Origin: Chrysomallon squamiferum
Lineage: Eukaryota; Animalia; Mollusca
Direction of reading: 5' to 3'
DNA length: 64,000 nt
NCBI GenBank assembly: GCA_012295275.1
Contig: CM022670.1
Coordinates: 28,520,001-28,584,000, forward strand
Positions within the stretch are counted from its first letter, which is position 1; every line of letters starts with the position of its first letter. The notes under the pieces are model-generated. The model saw nothing but the letters and a program-made list of their open reading frames with translations, searched no databases and was not told where the DNA came from. The translations under genes were made by a program, and so were the position numbers. Positions 13,801 to 28,195 of the stretch are shown in pieces.

Positions 13801-15922
13801 ACATATACCTCATTTCTTTTCTCATTTTCATATTCAAGTTGCCATCTCGCACAATTTAACTATTTTTGGAATCCCCATAGGTACACAGTATTGCAAAATG
13901 AAACGGGCAAAGCTATTTGTCAAAAAAAAGAAAGTTTATCACAGAAACAGCTGTTGACAGATTTAGTTTTGTTTTGATGTTACTGCTTGTAGAAATACAC
14001 AACTGCTAAAGATAGAGAGAAAGTGAGAAAAAAATAGGAAAATAGAAAAAAAAAAAGTGATTATGAGCATCTTAAGTATTTATTTATGTACATAGATTCC
14101 ATGCATTTTTTGTGTACATATAATCTCTATTTTCTTTCCTTTAATGTTTTCTCATTCTATCTTTAGCAATAGTTTAATTCTACAGATATATATCTATATG
14201 ACAGGCACACACACACAAACACACACACATACACATATATAAACAGTGACAAAACATATCTATTCATATACACATTAACATAATGCAGATACACATACTG
14301 TTAGTAGTAATAATATATAAGAAAATTATAACTACTATAATAATGATGATGATAATAGTAATAATAATTACAGTAATAACAACAACAGTACCAACAATGA
14401 TAACAACACTGATAGTAATAATTATGATATAAATACATAACACTAATAAAAACATCACCAACAGCAACAACCTATATTAATAACATACTAAATCTAACGA
14501 CTCTATCAAAATAGAAACAAACACTCAGTCTGTGTATACTAATTGGGATAATAACAAAAACTGATAAATACAAGTATTGTAAATAATTTTCAGTTGCATC
14601 AAATTATTATTTTTTTTAAATTGATTTAATCATACAAAATCTGAATATGAGAATAAAATTTAGGTGAATATAGCTTCTTAAGGGCCCATGTCCGCTAGTG
14701 TAATTTGTGTGCGCAGTGCAAAGGAGAGTCATTTTTTTCAAGACTTATTACTCTCACTGGATTCTTATCTGACACAGTGACCTTTCTTTTTCTTTTTTTC
14801 AAAATTTTCTAAACTGAAGATCCCTTACACTAAAAGGTTACTGTATATTACATAATTGTCACGTGTTTCCCATATCCATATATTATACGGTCATTATATA
14901 TTACCAAAACAGAAGTGATATCAAACAAATTAGACTTAACCAATATTTGTACACAGACTGTAAATTGTGTGGCCTGTTGAAGCCACTTTATATATTTATA
15001 TTTATAACACTCAAGTAAACAGATGATGTTAAAATTACATTTTTCTTTCACTCAGATAAATGGGATAAGGCAAAATGTTTAATGGGACATTATACAAAAT
15101 TTTGTGTAATCAAATAACTGTTAAATTTTGAAGAAAATGAAAAGATAGATTACTGCTCTCTTTTTATAGTGTAAAATTCTTAAAAAAAGCCTGTTTTAAA
15201 AGATATGTTTGTTTTTAATTTCATATAGACATTGGCCCAGACCAATATTTCAATTTTTATGGGAGAAAAAGATACACTCTGCATGTTTAAAATAGCACTT
15301 CCTGTGGCATTTTGTGTGTGTGTATGTATGTATGTATATATATCTATATATATGTTTGTTTGTGTGTGTATATATATAGACCACACATATCATTAGAGAG
15401 AAACCTTAGCCATCATAGTGTTGGCTACTCTTTCTCATTCAGCAAAAACAAATCTTTATATGTATCAACACAGAGACTGTTAAAAAAAACCCAATATATA
15501 ATGATATGATTGCCTCTGCTAAATCAGTTATAAAAACTGACAGGAGTTAGAAAACACACCTTAAGCCTAAGCCCCACCACTGAATTCATCCTTGCTTCAA
15601 AATATGTGGAATGTGTTGTCTTGTAGGCTCCGCTGAGCATAGAGAACAGACAGATGTAAGAGCCCAGTATTTGATAAATCATAACAACAGTTATCATGTT
15701 TCATCCTTTGAATAAAGTGCTGCCCTGTGAATGGGAAAGAGCAAAAATATATCCTAAGCATAAATTGCACAAAAGCCTGAAGTAACGTATTACTTTTAAA
15801 ATAAAATACAATAACAGAAAAAAAAAAAAAAAAGTAGAAAGAAGTCTATAAATGGTGACAAAATCTTTATAGGTTTTTTGCACTGGAAGGTTTAATTATT
15901 GATGATGATGATGATGATAGTA

Positions 15923-15972
<50 letters not shown>

Positions 15973-16149
15973 AAACAAAAGGGAAAGGTTCATACTACAG
16001 TTTATTGCCACCGATTTTATTACAGAGATGGCCGATATATATACTCCAATTTCCCATTAAAAGTCAGAACGAAACTACGATCGACCATTATGTACTATAT
16101 TCTTGAGTTCATTTGAAGTAATAATTTCTTTGGTATATTTTGTTTCTTC

Positions 16150-16183
<34 letters not shown>

Positions 16184-16197
16184 TAACCATTTGTAAT

Positions 16198-16533
16198 TAT
16201 ACCATGGTAACTATATCATTAGCGTTCCTGTTCGATAAGCTATTATTAATAGAAATTAGAATTAATATTCATTTTTTAAAAGTAACACTATAATTATTAG
16301 AATTATAAAATAATAATGATAATGAAATGACTGTTTTTAGACTGATATTAGTTTGTTTTAGAAATAAATAAAAATTATCTATCAATTTTAATTTGTATGT
16401 TAGATTATGAACTGGTTGTTTAGTGTATAGTATTATCGTAGGCGGCGCACACAACTAGAAACGTCATATAGCAACAGGATATCAACTCTATTTGTGGTCT
16501 TGGTCGGTAGTGTTATTACTGAATTTTAATTCG
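16198..16533 (+). promoter_or_regulatory. Putative ARMC3 promoter and non-coding first exon with RFX X-box-like sites
   Basis: tataccatggtaac 16198-16211 (12/14 match to GTTRCCATGGYAAC) and cgtcatatagcaac 16462-16475. Local CpG rise (ggcggcgcac). Donor cg|gtaagg at 16534. Confidence 0.55.
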
Positions 16534-17128
16534 GTAAGGATAGAAATGTTTTTTATATTTATATAAGACTGAATAAAAATGCTAAATTTAGTCTATTAAA
16601 AGGGAAATTTCCAATTTAGTTTTAAAAACGAAGCGTTTTGTTGGTTATATTATGTTTCTGTACTGTTGTTATGCACTAAATGTCGTCTGCTAGCTTAACA
16701 TACAACGGAAAGTTATAATTTTTTGCTGTTATTTTAGAAATTGAACGTAATATAACTGAATCTTTGTTAATGTTTGCAGGAATTCTCACTATTAATTAAA
16801 ATTAAAATTGAACAGAAAGCAAGCTATTTATATGTATGTCTAACAACTCTCTAAATCCGTCAATAACCTAATGTCGAACGCAAAGAAAGAATAATAATAT
16901 TCATATTTTGTATACTCTGTTCTTATGACTGTACTTTATCTTTCATTGGTATTTTATTATAATTATATTATGCTTTTTAAAATGGTAAACCATTTATTTA
17001 TTTATTATTAGTATTATTAATCTTTTTTGGAATCATCTATAATATTTCTGTAAGAGAATCCAGTATGTCTTGAATATTATAGTTAGTTTGATTAAATGAT
17101 AATGCTTTATTTATATTGCAGGGACATA

Positions 17129-17176
17129 ATGGGCAAGAAGATCAAGGAAGATAAAAAGGCTCCACCAGATGATGTG
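17129..17176 (+). CDS. ARMC3: ARMC3 coding exon 1 (MGKKIKEDKKAPPDDV)
   Basis: Acceptor ttgcag at 17121, ATG at 17129, donor gtcagt. Confidence 0.92.
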
Positions 17177-20100
17177 GTCAGTATAATCTTTTTGTTATTT
17201 TATTATTATTATTTTTTTGTTATATATTTTTGTGCTCAGCAACCCATATAACAATCTCATTAATATAAAATATAATGTTTAGTTATTGGTAATACTTTGA
17301 AAGAAGTTGAAATTTTGAAATAATAACTGTATATTTTTTAAATGTTTAGTTTGATCCATTATTGGTTGAGAGCAGACAGGCTGCAACTGTTGTTCTTATG
17401 CTCAGCAGTCCTGAAGAAGATGTACAAGCTAAGGCATGTGAAGCAATCTATAAGTTCGTGGAAAAAAGTAAGTGTCATGCATCAAAATGGCCTTAAAGGC
17501 CTTAAACCACTTGCCTGATGTAAGAAGGCTTTCCATATTAAGTGTTTTCTTTATAATATTAAACAATAACATTGTGTTTCTGTCTGTGATACCAAAATAT
17601 ACTTTAATAAAATTAAATATTAATGTCAGTATTTTGAAATACAAATATGTATTCATTTTATTATAACAATGGTATTTTAAATAAATAATTTATAACAGGT
17701 GAAATTATTTTCTGAGATCTGAAATTTAAAAGTGAGTTTTACAATAAACTTGTTAGAGAATGGGAACCAGAAATCTTTCTTTTTGCCATAGTATGTCATC
17801 TAGATGGCTTATTTAATACAAGTGAAAGCTATTTCGATTGTTATTTTATAGATGATGTCAACAAAAAAGTTCTTTTGGACTTGGATGCTATAGATCCATT
17901 GCTTAAACTTATGTCATGTGAAGACCGCATTGTTAAACGCAATGCTTGCATGTGTCTTGGTATAATGAGTGCAAGCCGTAAGGGTTTTACTTTTTGTTAT
18001 AATCATTTTTGTTTTTTACATATACATTTAATTGTTATTTCAGTATGAAATAGACTTTGAGAAAATATCATTCTTCAGTTTGATTGGTTTTGATATAATT
18101 TTTTATAATGTCTAATTTTGAATTCAGTTCAACATTCATTTTGCAAACCATTATTCATGTAAAAACAATAACAACAAAACAAAAAAAACAACAACAATAA
18201 CATCATTAAGAAATTTTTATTTGCATTTTAAATAAAAAATAGATATTTAGGACCATTCTACTGTTACTTGTTCTTATAATACAGAATTTCTTTGCATAAT
18301 ATTTGCAGCTGAGGTTAGAAAAGTTTTGAGGAAACGTGAAGAATCTATACAAACTTTTGTCAATTTGCTACAGCCAGAAGGTAATTGTTATAAATTTCAT
18401 GTTTGGTTTATTTCCAGATACATTTAACATGTATTATTATATGTTCAAAGACCTATATATTTCATACATCTGCAAAAATATATCTGTATGTGTTGTGTGT
18501 TTATGGTGTTTATAATGTGTCTTGTTTAAATAAAGTATGGAAGGAACCACATGGCTATTTAATTATTATATATATCTGCTATTACAGTAAAGTATTTTAA
18601 TAATGATGTCTTGTGATAAAACACAGTCTTGTTTTTAATGCTGGCAATTCATTTTTCTCTTTTCAGAAGATACAGTAATTCATGAATTTTCTGCTCTGGC
18701 TCTCTCTTGCCTTGCTAAAGAGTTCACCAGCAAAGTTGCTATTTTTGAACATGGTGGAGTTGAGGCACTTGTCCGCTGTGTTTCATCAAATGATCCAGAT
18801 GTTCAGAAAAATGCCATAGAAGCTCTTGCTCAGATGCTTCTGGTAGGTGAAGAACAGAGAGAAGAATCCAACAACATACCAGAAATATATATACATATTC
18901 CTTTTTTTATATACTCTTATGTTTTCATGTATTATAAATAAATAAATGAATGAATGAATGAATATTTATACAGATATAAGTAACAGATATATTTCACAAA
19001 GATAACATTCAGTAATTCTCGAGTCACATGCATAAAATATTCCTATAAGAGTCATTTCGTATGCAGTAAATAAGTTTTTTAATTTTATTATTATTATTTT
19101 TGTTTTATAACATATAAATTTGTTTAGATGTGACTATGCAAACATTCATTTTCTTTTGATTAGGATTACCAAACACGAGGAGCAATCCGTGACTGTGAAG
19201 GACTAGGACCTATTTTAGACTTGCTAAAGTCAGAGTTTCCTATTATACAAAAGCTGGCACTTCTTGCTCTTGACAGAGCCTCGCAGGATGGTAAGAATAA
19301 AAAGATAAAACTGTTTAATCATGTTTACATTACTGTTATAGAAAATATTTACATTATTATTCAGACATATGCATGCAAAAACACAAATTAACTATTAAAT
19401 TATTTGTTAGAATTTATGTGAAACCACCATTTTCTTATTAAGAGTTAATAGTTAGACTTTCTGTTAAAGAGTCTCAGAAATTGAATATTTTTGTAAGACT
19501 ATTGGTACCTTTGGCCAGTACAGAGATATTGAATTATGTGGAATAGAATATTTTTTTATGAAAAAGCTATCATTTTATGTAACTGTAGCAAAGGTAACTT
19601 CTACAAGATTAAGTCCAGAATTTGGTCAGAACAAAAGAAATTAGGACTGCTGACTTCACATTCAATAACTACTCAATATATAAAAGTACACCTACTGTAT
19701 GGAATTGTTTTTAAATTGTTTTATTTGGTTAGGAGGTCAGGAGGTGTTTCTAATTGTTTATTATTCTGGGTTTATTTTGAAGCTGATAACAGAGCAAAAC
19801 TGAGAGAGCTTGAGGCTGTGTCTCGTTTGATTGACGTACTGGCACATCCAGAGATGAATGATCTTCATGTCATGGTGGTCATGGTACTTTCAAATTTGCT
19901 TGAAGACCTTGAGTGTCTGGAGGTATTGATCTATTCCATTATTATACTTTAGTTTTACTTATCATAGTTTTAATTTTATTGGTATTAATAGTTTTTAGTT
20001 TACATAATGTTTATTTATAATTTATTTATAGTTATATAAATAAGTAAATAAATAAATAACATTTTGCACATTATTTCTACTGGTTTTTATTTTTGTTTAT

Positions 20101-23100
20101 TTTAATTAAAGAATTGGTAATAGGTAAAATGAAAATGAGATTGTTATAGATTATTTTATAATGTGCAGTTTCACCTTATAGCATCTGTGCAAACACCTTT
20201 ACCAGCTGATGTCCTAAAAAACATTTAAATGACAGTTCACAGAAAACTCATTAAATTTGAATATTTTCTTTTTAAAATTTATTTGTTTATTAGCAAATAA
20301 AAGAAAGTGGTGGATTGAAAAAGTTAATAGCTCTCATAACTGATCAAGTCCCACCTGAAGAGGAGGGTAAGAAGCCAGACAAGAAGGCAGGTTCCAGAGC
20401 TGGCAAGAAGAGTGCAAAGGGATGTGAGTGTTTTGATTAAGAAGGACACCTCTGTTTTATTAACTTATAATAGATGTAGTAAAATATCTTTTAATTCTGT
20501 ATATTTTCTTCATCTTCTGGTTCATAAATACAATCCAGCATTTCAACAACATTATATTAGTTCACATGTTTAACACAATAAAACATTATTGTCAATCATT
20601 ATAAATATTGTATATATTTAGAATCTTGAATAGAAATTTTAAGTAGCTGTAATTGTGTTTCAGCTGCTAAAAAACATGAAGAAAAGGAAGACCAGCCACC
20701 AGGAGACTCAGTGATACCAACACTGCCTGATGTCAAGAGATTTGCAGCTAAGGCTATAGCTAGATCTGCTCGTAGTGGTATGCAGTTTAATCATTTTGTT
20801 ACCTGCTTATTCTTATTACCAGAAGAAAAGTACACACTCAATAAATGCAAGATACATAATCATAGGACAGATCATAAAATTTTAAAAATAACCAACAATA
20901 TTTACTGTGATTGTTTTGGAGTTTCAAGTATAAAAGTCATATTATCACGTTATTTAAAACATAATATAAAACATAAAACACATTTCTTCTATTTTTAAGA
21001 TTTTTGCTAATAACATTAGTTTATTAGATCAAGAAATTTAAAAAATAAACAACAACAATTACTGTGATTGTGTTTTTGTTTAAAATATATTTTTTGTATT
21101 ATTATGTTACTTAAAACATAATACAAAACATATAAAACATAAAATATATATATATTTTTTAAAGCTTCATTTTTAAAATAAGCTTTTTACAAATATTTAT
21201 TATCCATAATGACTGTCACATTTTAAATGCAGATCATATAAATTTTTCTTATGATGTGTTCTTTATTATCTAAGAAATATTAAACTTTTTTACATTTTTT
21301 AAATTTGATTTTTCTGTGTACAGCTGAGAACAGGAAAGTGTTACATGAACAAGAGTGTGAGAAGATGTTGATTCATCTCCTAAATCACGAGTCTGATGAG
21401 GTTCAAAGTGCTGCAGCTCAAGCCTTGGCTATCATGTCTGAGAATCTAGCCAGTCAGGACTCCATCAAGGAATGGGGTAACATAAACTATTCATTATAAA
21501 ATCGATAGCAGAGGGGGATAGCTTATATAAGGCTCAATACTCAGAGTAAAAGGGTTGAATCTTCTATTGTAACTAATCTGCAATTGTGAAGTTTTGAGAA
21601 GTTATTATTTAAAGGTTTATTATTAAAGTATATGCATCCATCAATGCATGAATACATGTATGCACAAACTCACAAACATATTCAGAGGCAGACTTACAGA
21701 CTTTGTTCTGAATATATTTTAAATATTTTGTGTTTCAGATGGCCTTCCACCATTGATAAAGATGTTGCATATTGACAATGATGACGTGAAAGAAGCTGCA
21801 ACATTGGCTCTTTCAAATCTCTCTATGTCTAATTCTACTAACTGTCAGTAAGTTGGCTATTATTTCAGTATTCAGAATATTTTCTATTTGTATATATGTA
21901 TAACTGTGCAAAGATTTGCCAACAATAACAAAAAAAAAAAATAAATAAAGAAAGAATAAAAAGAAAATATAACTGCATTAGTGGATTTAAACATGTTTCA
22001 ATGATTTCAATAGACTGACTGAAAATTGCTTATGTCTGTAACAGTCCCATCTGCATGTCAACTATGGCTATATCCCACACACTGTACAAGAGTTTAAATA
22101 GTCCTTAATACTGTTATAATAACAATTTATTGATAATTGTATTCAATTCATTTCTAAAGGGAGATAATGAACCTGGGTGGAGTTGAAGCCCTGATAAATG
22201 TACTCACAGGACAGAGGGAGGAAGCTGTTGCCAACGCAGCGTCGGCCCTCACCAACATGGCTCCCGATGATGCGATTCGAACTGAGGCTCACAGTAAAGG
22301 AATTGTCACAGCCTTAATCGATCCACTGAAATCGGGGTGAGTAAAAGTATTTGGATTAAAGTCATGATAATGGTTTATACAAAGGATATGTGTATTAAAA
22401 CAGAGTAAATTATTTATCTTGATACATAATAAAACTAATTAAAGTTTTTTTGTTTTTTGTACATTAAACAAAGTCAAGTATTTTTATCTATTTACATAAA
22501 AGAAAGGATATTTATTTATATATATATATATTAAAACAAACTAAAAATGTTTCTGTCTATATATAAACAAACAATTTTATTCTTTGTACCTTAAAACAAA
22601 CTAAAGTATTTTTTCTAAATAAATAATAGCAAATAAAATATTTTCATCTATGTTCATTAAAACAAAAAAAAATATTATTCTCTTTGTACATTAAAATGAA
22701 ACAAAGTATTTTACTTCTGTAGAACTGTTACAAAGTGAAGCATGTAACACACAAAGAAGTAATAAATATTACTTTATATTACCTGCAAAATTAAAAAAAC
22801 AGTCTGTCCATTATAATATTGATTTATGTCTCAAGTTTATTGTGTTTACTTATTTTGTAGAAATACATTTGTTCAAAGCAGAGCTGCCCTAGCGGTTTCA
22901 GCATATGTGTGTGATGCTAACTCAAGAGCCGAGGTATTCTATTAATAGATATTTACTAAAATTTTTAGGTGACATAAAGGATATAGCCTAATAATTTTTG
23001 ATTTCCTGAATAGAGTATATAAACTTATATGTATACATATATATATATATATATAGATAATGATTATGCAATATGGAATACATACATGCATGCCTATATG

Positions 23101-26100
23101 AAATGTACATACCTAAAAAGATGCCTGCTGGTAAAGAAACTAATAATGTAAAAACTGATGACATTTTCTGTATAACAAATATCTGCTTCTCAATAGTATT
23201 AAGAATACCTTTTCATGTTTACTAGTTTTTGTTGCTAATACTGAAATTATAATTTTATTAGTTTCTTTTACTTATTAGTACATAGTCAATCTTTAAAAAA
23301 AAAATATTTTGGGATGTATGTAAAATATGCATCCAATCTTTTGGCAGAAATGGAACAATACATTGTGTATATTAGAATATTCAGACCTCATAATTATATT
23401 CTCAGCCTAATTTTAATGCATTTTATTCTGTGAATCTTAATTAAAATCTTTTCAATTAAGTTTCGTCTAAGTGGTGGTGTTGAGCCACTAGTTATGCTGT
23501 TGCATTCCGGGAAGGATGAAATCAGGAGAAATGCAGCATGGGCCATCAATGTGTGTGCTGTTGATTCTACAACTGCCACAGAGATTTCCAAACTGGGGTG
23601 AGTTTATTACTAAATTCAGACATTATCTGACAGATATCTTTTATTAATGTTAATTTCAGTTGTCTGAATTTTGACTATTATTCGTTTGAGTATATCATTT
23701 TTAAAATTTATTTTTACTTCCAACTTGAGATACCAAAAACAAAAGCCCAGTACAGTGATTTCAAGGAAGACACTTCTGAATTCTATTTCTCACAGAAAAT
23801 CTGCTATGTTGTAATGTCAGCACATAGATTAAATTTTGATATCCATATTTGAAGTACTTAAGAATTGGAGACGGACCATTTGGCAGATTGAGCTAGGGCA
23901 CATTCTCTCTGCCTGGCATATTGCCACCAGTCTAAGCATTCACAAAGATGTTTTCTGTTACTGTATATTTATATTTACAATCTTTCTTATAATTTATTTC
24001 TTTGAAGAATCTTTTCAGAATATCATTTATTATAATAAGTATTTCATTTCACCAGATTATGGATATTTTGAAAATTACCTTAAAGTATTTACTTTTTTTT
24101 TTTTTTTTCTGTCAGAATTGATTTTTATTTCTATTTTATTTTCTAAATTTTGTTTTATATTTGAAGTGGTCTTGAGATCCTCAAAGAAATACAGCTGTCA
24201 AGTACAAGAAGAAGTCCTTTCACTGATGCAGCTCTTGAAAGACTCCTGGACAACAATCTCTCTGCTAAATATGCCATGAGTGGACACCTTGGTTTGTTAC
24301 TGTTTAAATTGTTTTACATCTGTATTAGCTTCTGAGTTTATAAATAAAATTTTAAATGCCTATTTGAAACTAATGTGAATATTTATTAAGAATGGTCACA
24401 GTTTCTTTATTTATAGATATTAAAAATTAGTAAGAGATAATTTCATAATCTGATGCAGAATGATTTTATTATCTGTGATTTGGTTTATTTATGGATAAAA
24501 ACAGTTTTGTAAGTAGTTATTGTGGTGTTTTTGCAGATAAAAATAAATAATTGTTGATTTCATACATCATAATATAATATATTTACAGATGGAAATAACT
24601 GAATAAGCTATGGTTTTATAACAGTGGTATGATACGTTTACAAATGAATATAACTTAATAATTTATGGCTTCATAAATTATAATGCAATTATCATATATT
24701 TACAGATATAAATAACTTAATAAGAGATGGTTTCATTGACTGTGGACAGTTCAGGTCTGGGATGGTTTTCAAATCACTTGAAGATTACCTGAATGAGGAA
24801 ATGAATGATAAGAGACCAGTGATTCTCATCAATGCGAAACCAGAGTAAGTAATAAGTAGTTATCTCCCATGCTATTATTTTTTTTTTTATATTGCAGCTA
24901 CACTTTTAAAACCTGAATATTTCATACCTTTTAGGTGTGACTAAGAAAGGCCTGAAATTTTAATTTAATATTTTATATCTTTTGGTTTCACTGTGAAGTA
25001 GAGATCTTTTATTTATTAAATTTATTTTTATTTAATTCTCAAATCTTTGTATCATTATTAAAAAAAAATGAAGTTTCTTTTTTAACATTTCACATTTTAT
25101 GGTGTCACTATTGAAGTACTGAACTGTATTTTTGATTTTTTTTTTTAAACATTTTATGGTGACACTATGAAAACATTTTTTTTTAATATTTGATCTATTT
25201 ATGTAACAGGAAAATTTGATGTTTTTTTGTTATTTTAAAAAAAATTTTATATTTTATATCTTTTATGACATTAGAAGTACTGAACTGTTTTTGTTTTAAA
25301 AAATATTTCATATCTTTTGGTGTTAATAAGGATGTACTTAATGGTTTTACTAAACTATTTTTTTTTTAATGTTTCATGTCTTTAGGAATCAACCTGAAAA
25401 TAGTGAAAGGTACTCTAACTGTCAGTTTGATTTTGCAGTTTGATTTTATGGTTCATTTTGTTCTTAATTTGTAATCATTTGGTTCCTAAATTTCAATTTG
25501 TCAGCATTTTACTTCCTATAAAATATTTTTTTAGTGTGCTTTTTTTTTTAAAAACAGTTCCTTATAATTTCTAAAACAGTTCTGTTCATATGTTAATTAT
25601 TTTAATAACATTTTTGTAGTTATCACCTTTCATATGGTTCAGCCAGAGTTTCACTGAAATTTTTATTCTTTTCTAAAATTTTATTTATTTATTTATTACT
25701 ATTATTTTTTTCTTTGTGCAAATGAAAATTGCTTAGTTTCTCTTATAAAAACTGATCATTTTGAACTTAAAATTTAGGTATTGTTTTTATTCTTCATCTT
25801 TTTGTGGACATTATTTATTAGTTTTGAAATTAGGCTGAAATATATAGTATTTTGTTTGAATTAATTATTTAAATTAAAAGGTTTTATAAAGTAATAATAT
25901 TAATAATAATCATGATTGTAAAGTGATTTAAATAACATCATTTCTATTAGAGAAATCTCTCAAATCAAATTGCTGTTTTAGTTTTTAATTTTTTAATTTG
26001 TTTTCTATCCAGATAGAACAGTATTGTATTGTGAAAAAAATAGAAACACTCAAAAGACAGCTTTGTGCATGAAATGCTTAGCATTTCTTTACATGATATA

Positions 26101-27887
26101 GTTTGTTGTCAGAACAAAAAACACAGTTGGCGCTTTTCACAGATTTAGTCTTTTTCAATCTATCTTCATTACTGTTTTGTTTTAACAGGAAAGTGAAGCA
26201 AACAAAACCAGAAACCAGCACATTTAACAGAAAATTACTTTATTTCCTTATTTTCAATTCATAAAATAACTTGAAAACAGTAGTAGTATTATTAATGCAG
26301 AGGCATTTATTTTATTAGAAAATATGTTTTATGTTAACAGGAAAGTAGAACAAACTGAACCTGAAAAACCAGCAACACCTGAACCTTTAGCAGAAAGTAA
26401 ACAAGACCCTCAAGGGGTCGTGTGGAAATCTATATTGAAAAAAAAGTATATTTTGAGCTTAAAACGTTTAATCTAGATTATAGTAAAATGCTGTCATCAG
26501 AAGAATGCTCTGGGAAATTTAATACTGCTTATCTTAAGAATTCATTAGATTCTTTACTACTTATATTTTGAGCAAAATATTTTGCTAATGTTTTCCTTCT
26601 CTACAGCAGACATTATTTTTACTTATTTCAGTATTTATCTGTGCTTAAAACAAGTTTTAAATTTTAGTAATCTTTACTTTCTAGAACAAAATATTGCTGC
26701 ATATTTCAGCTTCTGTCTTATTATCTAAAGATAAACTTTTATTAGTAGTAGTACTGTTAATATAATTATTATTAGTAAAATTAAAATACAGGGTATGTTT
26801 TTCTGTTCTGTTCATGGAATAATATATATTTTTAAAATTAATTTTATGCTCCAGTAGGCTGTGTTAAATATCTAATTTTGAAGTATAAATATCCTATAAA
26901 TATAAGATATAGCAACAACAAATTTTATTAAACAAAATGCAGAAATTTATTGATTGATTCATCAGTCAGTTAATTTCAGTTCTTTGTTAAATAAAATTTC
27001 ATATTTCAAATATGTCAGAGAAAATGGAATTTAGTTATTCTGTACTCTTTCTAAATAAGTTCACAAATTTATAAACTAAAACAAGTTTAATTATTTCTCC
27101 TTTTTATCTTTCTTTTCTATATTTTAAATTTTTATTTGCTTAATCAATAACAATTAAAATTTTAGCAATTTTTCATTTATTTCAATCATATTTGTAATTC
27201 TTTTTATTTCAGTGTAGAAAGATTCCTTAAAATTAATAATATTAGAATACCTTTTGACATGAATGTTTTGTATGGCTCTTTAAGTAAACCTAAAAATGGA
27301 TGTTGGAAAAATATTAATTGGTCAAACATACTGAAGTATCCATGTACACTGACTTTTATATTAATATCACAGTTATGTATGTATGTATGTATGTATGTAT
27401 GTATGTATGTGTATGTGTCTGTGTGTGTGTGTGTGTTTAAATATATTATTTCCACCCAGCAGAGAATTTCAAAAACTTCCTCATTAAACAAGTTGTTGTT
27501 TAAATGTAATTTCTGTTGGTATGGGTACTAACTGCAGCTGTAATAGTCTGAAATCTTGTATAGCACTTTCTTTGTTCTTTATTAGCACCACTTTATTTTC
27601 TGTCTTATTTTTTATCCATTTAAATATTCATTGTTCTTAAAAATGTTTTACGATTATTTTTTATATTTAATTTTTGAAATTTTTATCCTGATGTTTGATT
27701 CTTTAAAATATTCTCACTTCTTATTTACTGTTTCAGAACTTTTCCTTTTTAGCTTTTGTTCATGAAAAACATATTTTCTTTATAAAAATACTCTTTATTT
27801 GTTTCTCTTAAATTTTTATTCTGATGGTTTTTAAATAATATTCATTATTATAGTTACTTTTGTTAATGTTTTATATATATATATATA

Positions 27888-27918
<31 letters not shown>

Positions 27919-28142
27919 ACAATTTAGAGTGTTAATGCATAACGTGATTATTGGTCACAAAGATAAAGAAAAGTTATAATCCAAATGAAACACCTACAAT
28001 ATGAATAAATGTTTTTATTTCTGATTCTTTTTTCCAAAAAATGCATTATTTATTAAAACTTCTGAACAAATATATAATAAATGTATAAAAACTCATAAGA
28101 ATATATAATAATATATGTATTAAGGTTTTTCAGTATTAAATT

Positions 28143-28195
<53 letters not shown>

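Noticed and set aside
3300-16100. Search for an additional protein-coding gene or autonomous transposon ORF
   Set aside because: No chain of phase-compatible exons or RT/transposase motifs found by eye. Small exons could have been missed.
19129-19141. 13-nt match (tgtgactatgcaa) to the reverse complement of the miR-153 5' end
   Set aside because: The match stops at 13 nt, there is no precursor hairpin, and it lies in the branch-point region of an intron.
23155-23243. TGATGA ... CTGA pair suggesting an intronic C/D snoRNA
   Set aside because: The C box lacks the leading purine, there is no terminal stem, and I see no recognisable rRNA guide.
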